A DNA stretch of 64,000 nt. Source: Macrostomum lignano (Eukaryota). Position numbers and translations under genes: made by a program. The notes beneath the pieces are model-generated. The model saw nothing but the letters and a program-made list of their open reading frames with translations. It was not told the origin of the DNA and ran no database searches. This document shows, piece after piece, positions 12,713-24,153 of the stretch. The DNA is taken from NCBI GenBank assembly GCA_002269645.1, contig NIVC01001988.1:151635-215634 (forward strand), in the 5' to 3' direction. Within the stretch, counting starts at the first letter, position 1, and each line of letters begins with the position of its first letter.

Positions 12713-13771
12713 TTAGAACTTGCAAGGGTTCGGGAGATCGCGAAAATAGGGCCATCCTAGGAGGCCAAAAATCCAACGAAACTCAATGTTTAGTAGGCGT
12801 CGCTGAGTTACCTGCGAGTCAGCCCTCATAACGCGCTGGAGCTCTTCGGCGATGTGCTGGAGAAGCGCCACTGCCTCAGTCGATGAGAAAGTTCGCGCAG
12901 TGCTCTGATGGCGGCCCAAGCCTGCGAACGTTGCGGCAGAGCTTGATCCAGACGCAGGTGGCCGATGCGCTGCAAGTATTGCATCAGGCCGAAGCGAACC
13001 CTCTCGACCGGTTCGCCTGTCTCGAGGAGTCACTGAGCCACCTCCTGGTAGCTTCCGGCGAGCTCTGGTCGTGGCGGTCGTGGTGCAACGGCGGCCTGCT
13101 GACGAGGGGCAGCAGCGGCAGCCTGCTGGCAAAGCGCAGCAGCGTCGGCAGCCTGCTGGCGAGGCGCAGCAGCGGCGGCAGCCTGCTGGCGAGGCGCAGC
13201 AGCGGCGGCAGCCTGCTGGCGAGGCGCAGCAGCGGCGGCAGCCTGCTGGCGACTGGCGAGGCGCAGCAGCGGCGGCAGCCTGCTGGCGTCGCCCTGACGG
13301 TGGAGCATTTGCTGGAGGCTGAAGCTGAACCGTCCGACGCTCGGGTGCAGCGCTGCCGGCTGCCGATCCTTGACTCGAGGGTGCCGCGTAGACTCGCACA
13401 GGGGCAGAGTAGGATGGTAGCCCGCTTCGGCGGTGTCGGGCCATTCACCTGCAGTCGCTGGCTCGACGTTGGCGACGGTGGCCTCGGCCGCTTGCTGGAG
13501 TCTCCTGGCAGTTTCGGTCGTGTAGAACAACGCAATGGTGCCTCAATCTCCGCTGATGCTGACGGTCTTTCTCGCGGACTGACGCGCTCGGGGCTGGCGG
13601 AGTCGGCGGTCTTGGAGCTGGCGGCGGAGTCGGCGGTCTTGGAGCTGGCGGCGGAGTCGGCGGTCTTGGAGCTGGGGCTGGCTGTCTTGGAGCTTCGTCT
13701 CCTGATAAGTCGCTATCCGACAGGGCTCCGCCCAGCAATTCTTCTAAGATATTATCTACGTAATTGCTCAT
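12713..13771 (-). pseudogene. Decayed ORF of unknown function associated with LTR element 1 (Pro-rich N-terminus, Ala/Gln repeats, conserved C-terminal domain)
   Basis: GC-rich island starting MSNYVDNILEELLGG, with stops and frameshifts. The C-terminal ~100 aa (13008-12713) align with the ORF at 59442-59744. Confidence 0.65.
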
Positions 13772-14582
13772 AATTCTTACAATGAAATTCCTTACGTTCT
13801 AATAGAGAGCTAATTACTGTGAAGTATGGGGTTCTGAGAGCTCTATGGTGTTTCGTATTTATTTGCGGCCAGCCGAAAAACTGGACCGCATCGTTGTGTT
13901 CGCGCTTTCGCTTTCGAAGGGTTTAATGGGGTCACGTGTCCGTCAACTATAGCGGCTCTCTAGCGTTCGCTTCGCGGGCTCTCATTGGCTCAGAGCAGCG
14001 CACCGTTGCTAAGCGTTGCTAGGATTTTTACTGACTTCAGATTTCTTCACACAATTCTCTCATTTCTACTACTAGTAATGCGCAGTGTTTTTGTATTTTT
14101 TTTTTATTTTTTTCAAAATCTTTTTGTAAAAAGATTCATAGCAAACATATTTGTCTGTGACAATTTTACTTTAATAAAGCGATTTTTTAAACTGAAGAAG
14201 GAATTGGTTCTTGAGAAAAAGTTTTTAACTTTAGTTTGGAATTTAGTAAATGGATTGGACAAGAATAGAAATGGTAGTCAATTTAGGCTTAGCCTATTTG
14301 CATTAGGCCAATTGACATTGAGTTAGCAAAATAAAGAAATAGTACTCTATTATCGCCTTGATTGATATTCTGTTCCACATTATATATAATGCACTATTTT
14401 TTCTATTAACTAGTATTCTTGATAACAAGTAAGTAGGTAATTAAACTTTTCAGAGAGCAGCACTTTGGCCGAGCAGCAGTGTAGTGGCGCGCTAAAGCAA
14501 AGGTGGTTTTCTAACCCAGGCGATAGCAAAGGGTTCAGTTTTCCTGCCAACCTTTGTTCTGCAATGACTCCATCGCTGCACA

Positions 14583-17378
14583 ATGAGTACCACAGCAACT
14601 GATAACAACAATTTAGCAGAAGCAGAGACACAGGAGTTTCCTGCTAAAGCAAAAACTAAGAGCTGCGAAAGCCTCGACATAAAACAGTCTTTGTCGCAAA
14701 GTCCCCCCAAAGTTGTGGACGAGCTGACAGATTCAAAGTCAAAGCAAAGCTGTTTGTCAAAGTCTGAACTCGAACGGAAGCGCAAAAGCGTATCAAAGCT
14801 GGACAAAGGCGACCTGCGTCACCAGATCGACTCGCACAGCAAGCGGCACCGGGCCACTAAAGAGGCAATAGCAGACAATGAGGCCTACAGTTCTGCGTCG
14901 GAGCGGGGCAGCTCTAAGCCCCGCGTCGATTCTAACAAAGATAAAAGGACAAAAAAGAAAAATCGTCACAAAAAATCATCAGCAACTCGAGAGACGGTAG
15001 ATAAGGAGGATAAAAAAAGCATCGAGAAGTCGCAAAAAAGTCTGCACAGGCATCGGTCGAAGGCATCAAAAATCGAGCGGCAATCGCGACCCCTTGAGTC
15101 AAAATCTAGGTCAAGGTCGCCCTCCAAGCGAAGATCTTTTTCAAAGCCGATGGCCAAACCGCCAGATTCTCCAAGTCGGTTAAAGTCGGGGTACGGGTCG
15201 AAGTCAAGACAACAAGCGCGGCCAGAATCTAAGTCAAAGCATAGACAAAGAGAGAGGTCAAGGTCCAAATCTAAGCGCCAGTGTAGGTCAAGGTCAAAGT
15301 CTGAATCTTCGCGTCGATTAAGAAGGTCAAGGTCATTGTCCAAATCACACCAGCGATTGAGGTCAAGGTCGCGTTCGGGGCCCAGATTCCGGCCGCCGGT
15401 GCAGAGGCGCCGATCCAAGTCAACATCCCGACGACAGCATCAAGCAAGGCGGCGGTCGATGTCCAGAAGAAGGTCAAGGTCAAGACGGCGCTCTCGACCC
15501 CGATCGCCTTCAAGGTCAAGGTCGCGATCCAGGCCAAGGTATTCTCGACTGAGACAGAAATCTGAATCGTCCGGCAACAATTGGCGCAATCGTCATGCCA
15601 GATCGCCGCCCAGATCAGCTGCCAGAAAGTCTCGAGACCGCTCATCGTCTTTGTCCTCAACAGGTTCCTCGTCTTCTGACGGCGGTTCCTCTTCATCGTC
15701 AGCTGATGTGAAGCCAATAGTGACTTCGCGTCCGCCGCCTCCGCCTGTCAGCGATGGCTTGACGGTTGCATTTCCCTCGCACGTCGGCTTGTACCCGGCC
15801 GCCAGCTACTATATGCAGCAGCCACCCCTTGGCTACTACCATGGTCAGCAGTACGCCTACGACCCTATGCAGGCTTATCAGCAGCAGGCGGCTTATTCCG
15901 CAAACCCTGCAGTTTATCAGAACGGCTACCAGACGGCAGTGGATCCCAATTACTTCCCCGGCTATAGCGCCGCAGCTTACATGTACGCGCAACCGCAGGC
16001 TGTGCAAGAAGATCCTACTCAGTACGCAGCTCCGCTGGACCCTGCATTTACAGCTAATGGACAAGTCGATGAGACTTCAGTACCGCCGCCCCCTCCTCCA
16101 CCGCCACCGCCGCCTCCGCCGCCTGAAGACGCCGAGAAGCCGAAGCCTGCAGCGGCCGCCACCGCCGACGAGGCGCCGCCGCAGATTGACGGCCAGTTGT
16201 CGCGATATCGCGAATTCTTCGCCAAGCAGTTCGGCAATTCGTCAGCTGGATGCGGCGCTGGCGCCGGCGGCGACCTTCAGCAGGAAGCCACCACCAACGG
16301 GAAGGTCGCGCCGTCGTTAGGCCGCGCCCTGAAGCCGCACTCGACTTTCGCCTACTTTCTAGAGAAGTTTCAACCAGTGTCCACCGAGGCTGATCAGACA
16401 TCCGACGCTACTCCAGGGCCTCCTGCAGTCGACAGTCAGGAGTCCTTGAAGCCGGAGACGGTTAGAAATAGCGGCAAATCCAGTCCACCGAAGCCGGAGG
16501 AGCCGCAGCCGTCCACTGCCAAAGCGGACGTCTCGAACGATGTTGCTCCCAGCTTCCCCGGCTGCGAGCCGGGCGGGCCGCCGCCGCCAAAGTACGAGCA
16601 CATTGACTCCAACGTGTACCTGCGCAGCCAGCCCAAACTGGCCTTCCGGGCCTGGCTGTGCGACTGCACGCTGCCCAGCGAGGAAGGGCAGCTGAACAAA
16701 GACTACAAAGCCTGCACAGACGAGTGCATGAACCGGCTGCTGCAGATCGAATGCACGGACCGGTGCAACTGCGGCGCCTACTGCACCAACAATCAGTTCG
16801 CCAACAGGCGCTATGCTCCGCTCACTCCGTTCTACGCCGGCCCGGCCAAAGGCTGGGGCCTCAAAACCACCGCCGAAGTCCCGGCCGGCGCCTTTCTCAT
16901 CGAATACGTCGGCGAGGTGATCGACTTCGCCCAGTTCAAGCGGCGCATCATAGCCTACGAGAAGAGCGGCTGCCCGCATCACTACTTCATGTCGCTGGAG
17001 TCAGACGTTATCGTTGACGCCGGCGCCAAGGGCAACTGGGCCCGATTCGCCAATCACAGCTGCTCGCCGAACTCCGACATCCAGAAGTGGACAGTTGGCC
17101 GGCAGCAGCGGGTTGGCTTCTTCGCACTGCGCGACATTCCCGCAGGCGAGGAGGTCACCGTTGACTACGGCTTCGTGCAGTACGGCCGAGAGCTGCAGAA
17201 GTGCTACTGCAACAGTCCGAACTGCACAGGCGTGATGGGCAGCCGCAGTCAGCAGCTGCAGGACCGCGTGCAGGCGAGGGACTCCTCCGCCCGCGACCGC
17301 CAGGTGGCCCGGCTACTCCGGCTGGACCGGCTGGGTTCGCCTGATGACGCTCGGTGTCTGGTGCGGCTGCTTGTTCAG
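14583..17378 (+). CDS. SETD2: Set2/SETD2 H3K36 methyltransferase, exon 1 (RS-rich N-terminus, AWS, SET, post-SET)
   Basis: CTDECMNRLLQIECT, KGWGL, FLIEYVGEVI, HHYFM, GNWARFANHSCSPN, QKWTV, DYGF, KCYCNSPNCTG; donor CAG|GTGAGA at 17378/17379. Confidence 0.93.
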
Positions 17379-17387
17379 GTGAGACAG

Positions 17388-18620
17388 ACGAGTGAAGCTT
17401 ATGAGGCGCTTAGTGTAGCTTATTGTGAGGCGCTTAATGTAGCTTATTGTGAGGCGCTTAGTATAGCTTATTGTGAGGCGATTAGTGTAGCTTATGAGCG
17501 CTTAGTGTAGCTTATGAGGCGCTTAGTGTAGCTAATTGTGAGGCGCTTAATGTAGCTTATTGTGAGGCGCTTAGTGTAGCTAATTGTGAGGCGCTTAGTA
17601 TAGCTTATTGTGAGGCGATTAGTGTAGCTTATTGTGAGGCGATTAGTGTAGCTTATTGTGAGGCGATTAGTGTAGCTAATTGTGAGGCGCTTAATGTAGC
17701 TTATTGTGAGGCGCTTAGTGTAGCTTATTGTGAGGCGCTTAGTGTAGCTTATTGTGAGGCGCTTAATGTAGCTTATTGTGAGGCGCTTAGTGTAGCTTAT
17801 TGTGAGGCGCTTAGTGTAGCTTATTGTGAGGCGATTAGTGTAGCTAATTGTGAGGCGCTTAATGTAGCTTATTGTGAGGCGCTTAGTGTAGCTTATTGTG
17901 AGGCGCTTAGTGTAGCTTATTGTGAGGCGCTTAATGTAGCTTATTGTGAGGCGCTTAGTGTAGCTTATTGTGAGGCGCTTAGTGTAGCTTATTGTGAGGC
18001 GCTTAATGTAGCTTATTGTGAGGCGATTAGTGTAGCTAATTGTGAGGCGCTTAATGTAGCTTATTGTGAGGCGCTTAGTGTAGCTTATTGTGAGGCGCTT
18101 AGTGTAGCTTATTGTGAGGCGCTTAATGTAGCTTATTGTGAGGCGCTTAGTGTAGCTTATTGTGAGGCGCTTAGTGTAGCTTATTGTGAGGCGCTTAATG
18201 TAGCTTATTGTGAGGCGATTAGTGTAGCTAATTGTGAGGCGATTAGTGTAGCTTATTGTGAGGCGCTTAATGTAGCTTATTGTGAGGCGATTAGTGTAGC
18301 TAATTGTGAGGCGATTAGTGTAGCTAATTGTGAGGCGCTTAGTGTAGCTTATTGTGAGGCGCTTAATGTAGCTTATTGTGAGGCGCTTAATGTAGCTTAT
18401 TGTGAGGCGCTTAATGTAGCTTATTGTGAGGCGATTAGTGTAGCTAATTGTGAGGCGATTAGTGTAGCTAATTGTGAGGCGCTTAATGTAGCTTACTGCG
18501 AGGCGATTAGTGTAGCTTATTATGAGGCGCTTAGTGTAGCTTATTGTGAGGCGCTTAGTGTAGCTTATGAGGCCGTTACTGTAGCCTTTGAAGCGTTTAG
18601 TGCAGCTTATTGTGCGCTTA
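17388..18620. repeat. 24-bp intronic minisatellite (~50 copies)
   Basis: Unit GTAGCTTATTGTGAGGCGCTTAGT. Confidence 0.95.
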
Positions 18621-18849
18621 GTGCAGCTCTGCGTTTAAAACGCCCGACTCTCACGCCAAAGTCTGTATGCCGCCGCCACACTTATTTGGGACTCGAGTGC
18701 ACGAAAATTGGCCTGAAGCCTGGTTCTCACCCTAGAAAATGGGGAAGTCAGTGTCACTGTGCACTTTGAGTGAGTGCTCAGGGGTCAGCGGAATGGGCGT
18801 GATGGAGCAAATATAGCCAATAAAAGTACACAATGTTGCCGCTATACAG

Positions 18850-19873
18850 GAGAGCCTGGACTGGGACACCCGAATGCGGCTGGTCCGCCTTGTTGGCAAC
18901 ACGGACTGCTCGGCCAGCCTGCAGGCGCTTCGCCGCTGTCACGCCGTCGACGTGCTTTCCTCATACCTGCGCGAGCTGGTCGCTGACGACGCCGCCTCCG
19001 GCGCCTCCGTCCCGGCTGACGATGGCTCGTCAAATGTCCAAGCGACTGGTAGCGCGCAGACGCTGGTGCTGGCGTTGGCCCAGCTGCCCGTGGCCTACAC
19101 CCAGCATGTGGCTCAGGCCATGCCGCTGCTGGAACGCCTGGCCGACTGCGCCGCCGCCCGCAGTCTGCTGGACCGGTGGCGCCAGCTGCCCGGCCAGCCG
19201 TTCGGCGGCCTGCGGATTCCCAAGAAGCGCCCGGAGCTGCGCCAGACGCCCCCGGACCCTGACGACCAGCCGGAGACGCCGCCGCTACCGACATCGCCGG
19301 CTTCTTCGTCGGCGCCACCGAAGGTGCAGTCGCTGATGCCGGAGCTGCCGCCGCCGCCGCCGGCCCGGCCTTCAACTCGGCGGCTGCCCAAGGCGGAATT
19401 CCGCCGCCTGTTCGAAGCCTACGTGGCCTTCGACGACGAGCAGCGGAAGGCGGCCGCCGAAGCCGAAGCTGCCGCAGCCGCCGCCGCCTCGGCCTTTGCG
19501 AAGCCGTCGCCTGCCGACCTGTTGAAGGACGATCAGGCGATGGAGAAGGTGATCGGCCTGCTGTCCAAGTTCCTCAACTACCTGCTGAGCCACGGCGACC
19601 CGCAGTGCGCCCTGACCGACGCCGAGCTGCTCTCCGTAGCGGAGGATCGCCGGCTGCTGGGTCTGCTGGAGTACATCAAGAATCTGGATGATGTCAGCAT
19701 CATCACCGACAAGATGGAGCTCGTTCCGGCCGCTGTGCAGCCTCCGCGCAGCCGCCGCCGCTGCAGTCGCCGAGCGAGGAGGAGCGAGTGAAATTTGTTG
19801 AACAGCTGCACCAGCTGATTGTTGAATGCGTGGACGGAGTGTACGCCTCCGGCTGCGTGGACGAGATGGTCAG
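18850..19873 (+). CDS. SETD2: Set2 exon 2 (helical domain to start of SRI-like domain); apparent 1-nt frameshift near 19735
   Basis: Acceptor TACAG| at 18849 joins LVRLLVQ|ESLDWDTRMRLVRLV, matching the SETD2 post-SET helical region. The shifted frame from ~19743 gives EEERVKFVEQLHQLIVECV; donor AG|GTAGT at 19873/19874. Confidence 0.8.
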
Positions 19874-19899
19874 GTAGTCAGATAGTCACGATCCCCCTT

Positions 19900-20880
19900 G
19901 ACGTCTCAGCAATTCCCCCCATGAGCCACAGCATCTCAGCAATCCCCCCATGAGCCACAGCAACTTAGCAACCCCCCCATGAGCCACAGCAACTTAGCAA
20001 CCCCCCCCCCATGAGCCACAGCATCTCAGCAATCCCCCATGAGCCACAGCATCTCAGCAATCCCCCATGAGCCACAGCAACTTAGCAACCCCCCCCATGA
20101 GCCACAGCATCTCAGCAATCCCCCATGAGCCACAGCAACTCAGCAATCCCCCCATGAGCCACAGCAACTTAGCAACCCCCCCATGAGCCACAGCATCTCA
20201 GCAATCCCCCATGAGCCACAGCATCTCAGCAATCCCCCCATGAGCCACAGCATCTCAGCAATTCCCCCCATGAGCCACAGCATCTCAGCAATTCCCCACA
20301 CCATGAGCCTTTACGTCTCAGCAATTCCCCCCATGAGCCTTGGCATCTCAGCAACTCCCCCCCATGAGCCACAGCATCTTAGCAATTCCCCCCCCATGAG
20401 CCTTGGCATCTCAGCAACTCCCCCCATGAGCCTTGGCATCTCAGCAACTCCCCCCATGAGCCACAGCATCTTAGCAATTCCCCCCATGAGTCTTGGCATC
20501 TCAGCAACTCCCCCCCATGAGCCTTGGCATCTCAGCAACTCCCCCCCATGAGCCACAGCATCTTAGCAATTCCCCCCCATGAGCCTTGGCATCTCAGCAA
20601 CTCCCCCCATGAGCCTTGGCATCTCAGCAACTCCCCCCATGAGCCTTGGCATCTTAGCAATTCCTCCCATGAGCCTTGGCATCTCAGCAATTCCCCCCAT
20701 GAGCCTTGGCATCTCAGCAATTCCCCCCATGAGCCTTGGCATCTCAGCAATTCCCCCCATGAGCCTTGGCATCTCAACAATTCCCCCATGAGCCTTGGCA
20801 TCTCAACAATTCCCCCATGAGCCTTGGCATCTCAACAATTCCCCCCATGAGCCTTGGCATCTCAGCAATTCCCCCCCCCC
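19900..20880. repeat. ~29-30-bp intronic minisatellite (GAGCCTTGGCATCT family)
   Basis: Unit ATGAGCC(TTG/ACA)GCATCTCAGCAA(T/C)TCCCCCC. Confidence 0.93.
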
Positions 20881-21015
20881 GCTATGAACCCTCAAATTTA
20901 GAGTCTCCCATCCTTGGAACTGATTCTAAATTCTTAGGAAGAACAAGTTTCCCTCAAATGATAGTCAGATTTAAACTGATTCAGTCTCACTAATCCTCCT
21001 CTCTACCCTGCCCAG

Positions 21016-21220
21016 ACCTCGGCGGGACCAGGCGCTGCTGGCCCCCCAGCTGGTGCAGCAGCTCATGTCCCCGGGCCACATTGAGCAGCTCATGCGGCAC
21101 ACGGGCGGCCGCCTCGCGCTGGACACGGCTGTGCAGACCTTTGTCCGCGAGTTCGTGGTGGACTTCATGCTGCAGCCCACGCCAGCCACCGTTGAAGCTG
21201 CCGCAACTGCTTTGAAATAA
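21016..21220 (+). CDS. SETD2: Set2 exon 3 (end of divergent SRI-like domain)
   Basis: Acceptor CCCAG| at 21015, phase 2 matching the donor; reads RPRRDQALLAPQLVQQLM...VQTFVREFVVDFM...ALK*. Confidence 0.7.
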
Positions 21221-21999
21221 GCGACTTATTTTATTTCTTACATGTCCTAATTATACTACTTATGTTTTCATCTACCAGTAGTGCATAAAGCAAGTTAGTA
21301 AAGAAATTTGATAGCGTTAAAAGTAATCAAATTTGTGTCCGCTAACGTGCCTGCCTTAGTGTTTTCTAATCCGAATGTCGCCTCCATATCGAGAGTATTG
21401 AAACTGCCTGTCATGTTCAACATTCCCCTTTTCTATTTACCTACTCATTAGAAGTGCTCCAGGTACTTTTTCTGCTGGCGTGTGTGTTCAAATTCCCCGA
21501 ATAATCTCAAGGACTTCTCCTGACGCGGCGATAATTTTAAGAATGACTTGTAACTGTATAGCCTTACGGTTTAAAATAGTGGTCATTGTGAATTATCATG
21601 TAGTTGATTTATTTAATAGCACAGTTTTCAAATCGGTGTTGTGCACTTTAATAATATTGCGAAACTGATTGAGGCTTCTATTCGAAATGGCAGCTAAATT
21701 TGTTTATCCAAGCTTGTGACCCTAAGCTCATTTACGTTAAGTTTATTGTGCTGTCTTTTTAAAAGTGCAGGCGGAAACAGTGTGATTTGTGAAATATAGC
21801 ATACGAGTGCAGTAAAGTTAGCAGCGGGTGTATCAAGTGCCTGCTCTTGGCCAGTGAATTCAGTCTTCATTTCCTTCTTTTGCATGCGACCAGGTCCAGT
21901 TTTGAATAATAGAGAGTCGCCTTTAGAACTGGAATTTTGTCAGGCATAGGATTAACACTCAGTCCCTAATCTTCTTTAATAACCGTGTTAGGCTCTAGT

Positions 22000-22160
22000 A
22001 ATTATAATAATAATTGATTACACCTATCCAAATTGGACCAGATGTGCAACCGACAGCTCAGCCGCAGCTATTGCTACACAAATTGTTTCAGTGAGATCGG
22101 GAATCGAACCCCCGACCTTCAAGTCGTGAGTCCGACGCTCTGACCACAGGGCTACAACCC
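22000..22160 (-). mobile_element. Internally deleted copy of the tRNA-derived SINE
   Basis: tRNA-like head (GGTTCGATTCCCGATCTCACTGAAACAATTTGTGT) joined directly to the 3' part (GCAATAGCTGCGGCTGAGCTGTCGGTTGCA) of the 8.4-kb copy. Confidence 0.75.
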
Positions 22161-22364
22161 CTGACTCTAACACTAACCCAAACCCTAACCATAGCACCAA
22201 CCCGAAATGCCTGATAACCCTAATAGCGAATGACTACTACTTATAGTAGCGTTCAGAATGTTCACTCTCAAAGCCGCACTATGAATGTAAAAAATCGGCT
22301 TCGAGATTCCATCGCAAATCGCCCGAGCTGTCTCTCCCGCCAACTCCAGCCCCGGCCGGACCCG

Positions 22365-22907
22365 ATGCTGTTCTCTCCGTCAGCCTGGCTGAAGACACCC
22401 TCGCTGCCCATCAAGCTGAGCAAAGACTCGAAGAAAGCCAAGCAGCAGCAACAGCAGCAGCAACAGCAGCTGGCCAAAGCAGCCGCAGAATCCAACGGGC
22501 AGCCCGACGCCCCCTCCACCCCTCCGGACTCAACAGACCCTGCCACGCACGCAATCCCCTGCAGAAATGTGGCCTTCGCACTCGATGACGACTCCACCCT
22601 GTACAGCAACACCTGGGTGCTGTCGCTGCACTCGCCCGTGCTGGAGGCCATGTTCTCCAACCGGTTCATTGAAAGCGACCAGGCCGTGGTGAAGCTGCCG
22701 GGCAAGGATCAGGCGCCGATGCGGGCTCTGCTGAACTGCCTGCACAATTTGCACTTTTGCCGGCCTATTAGCAACTACATCAGCCCTGAGCTGGCTGTGC
22801 CTGTCCTCGCGCTGATCAAGGAGTACCAGGTGCAGGTGCTGTGGGAGCCCGCGGTGCAGCTCCTCCGCAACAATATTACCAAAGCTAATGTTGTTGTGTA
22901 CTTTCAG
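22365..22907 (+). CDS. BTB/POZ protein, exon 1 (start uncertain; ORF open from 22230)
   Basis: polyQ, then BTB fold VAFAL.DDSTLYSNTWVLSLHSPVLEAMFSNRFIES...LPGKD; donor CAG|GTAAGC at 22907/22908. Confidence 0.8.
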
Positions 22908-22929
22908 GTAAGCTCTACTTTATTTTGCC

Positions 22930-23635
22930 ACTCCGTCTCCTCCGGTTCTTCAGCCAGACACTCCGCCCCACTTCCGGTTCTTCAAACGGCCACTTCCCGC
23001 CCCTATCCCCGGTTCTTCAACCGGCCACTTTCCGCTCCCTCCCCCAGTTCTTCAACGGCCACTTTCCGCCCCACTTCCGGTTCTTCAGCCGGCCACTTTC
23101 CGCCCCACTCCCGGTTCTTCAACCGGCCACTTTCCGCCCCTATCCCCGGTTCTTCAACCGGCCACTTTCCGCTCCCTCCCCCAGTTCTTCAACGGCCACT
23201 TTCCGCCCCACTCCCGGTTCTTCAGCCGGCTACTTTCCGCCCCACTTCCGGTTCTTCAGCCAGCCACTTTCCGCCCCACTCCCGGTTCTTCAACCGGCCA
23301 CTTTCCGCCCCACTTCCGGTTCTTCAGCCGGCCACTTTCCGCCCCACTTCCGGTTCTTCAGCCGGCCACTTTCCGCCCCACTTCCGGTTCTTCAGCCGGC
23401 CACTTTCCGCCCCACTTCCGGTTCTTCAACCGGCCACTTTCCGCCCCACTTCCGGTTCTTCAGCCGGCCACTTTCCGCCCCACTTCCGGTTCTTCAACCG
23501 GCCACTTTCCGCCCCATTCCCTGTTCTTCAACCGGCTACTTTCCGCCTTATTCCCGGTTCTTCAACCGGCCACTTTCCGCCCCTATCCCGGTTCTTCAAC
23601 CGGCCACTTTCCGCCCCTATCCCCGGTTCTTCAGT
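22930..23635. repeat. ~33-34-bp intronic minisatellite
   Basis: Unit CCGGTTCTTCA(A/G)CCGGCCACTTTCCGCCCCACTT. Confidence 0.92.
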
Positions 23636-23697
23636 AAGCCACTCACAGTTGAACAAAGTAAATAAGCTGAGCTCCCACCTGCCCCAAAACGCCGCAG

Positions 23698-24153
23698 GAG
23701 GTGCTGGACTACAAGCTGGATGAGCTGGAGTACTCCATGCTGGCCGAGATGAGCCTGTTATTCGAGAAATGCCTCCGCACTCTGGAGACTCAGAAAGCGT
23801 TTCGCGAGCTCAGCCGGCCGATCAGGGAGCGAATCCTCAGCGCCCTGTGCGTGTACCACCGAGTGACACCCGCCAACGAGGTCCTCGGCGAGTCCGAGTG
23901 GTTCGGCCACGACCCCAACTGCAAGGGCTGCGGCCGGGTCAAGGACATTGTGGTGGATTGCGAGAAATGCCTGCACGACAATTTCATCTGCAGCCGCTGC
24001 CGCCAGTACGGCATCTTCATCTGCTACGCCTGCAACGAGGAGAACTCCTTGAATATCCGGCGCATGCGGCAGCCCGCCGGCCCGCTGACAGGGAGGCCGC
24101 GGCCGCCGATGAAGATGATTGAGGCTGGGAGAGAGGCTCTTTGTTTAGAGTGA
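23698..24153 (+). CDS. BTB protein exon 2 (BACK-like helices plus Cys-rich putative zinc-binding C-terminus)
   Basis: Acceptor GCCGCAG| at 23697, phase 0 (YFQ|EVLDYKLDELE); CxxC...CxxC...CxxC...CxxC cluster; the final codons run into the next repeat. Confidence 0.75.
   Translation, partial: EVLDYKLDELEYSMLAEMSLLFEKCLRTLETQKAFRELSRPIRERILSALCVYHRVTPANEVLGESEWFGHDPNCKGCGRVKDIVVDCEKCLHDNFICSRCRQYGIFICYACNEENSLNIRRMRQPAGPLTGRPRPPMKMIEAGREALCLE

Noticed and set aside
12883-13773. 296-aa plus-strand ORF
   Set aside because: Antisense shadow; the homology with 59442-59744 is on the minus strand
17379-17510. Set2 tail 'AYCEALSVAY...'
   Set aside because: Intronic minisatellite after the donor
22085-22160. 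Functional tRNA gene
   Set aside because: Imperfect stems; continuous with SINE body shared with 8443-8765
22170-22225. Telomere-like CCCTAA motifs
   Set aside because: Too short and degenerate
22908-23723. Repetitive C-terminal half of the 497-aa ORF
   Set aside because: Read-through into an intron bounded by GTAAG and GCAG
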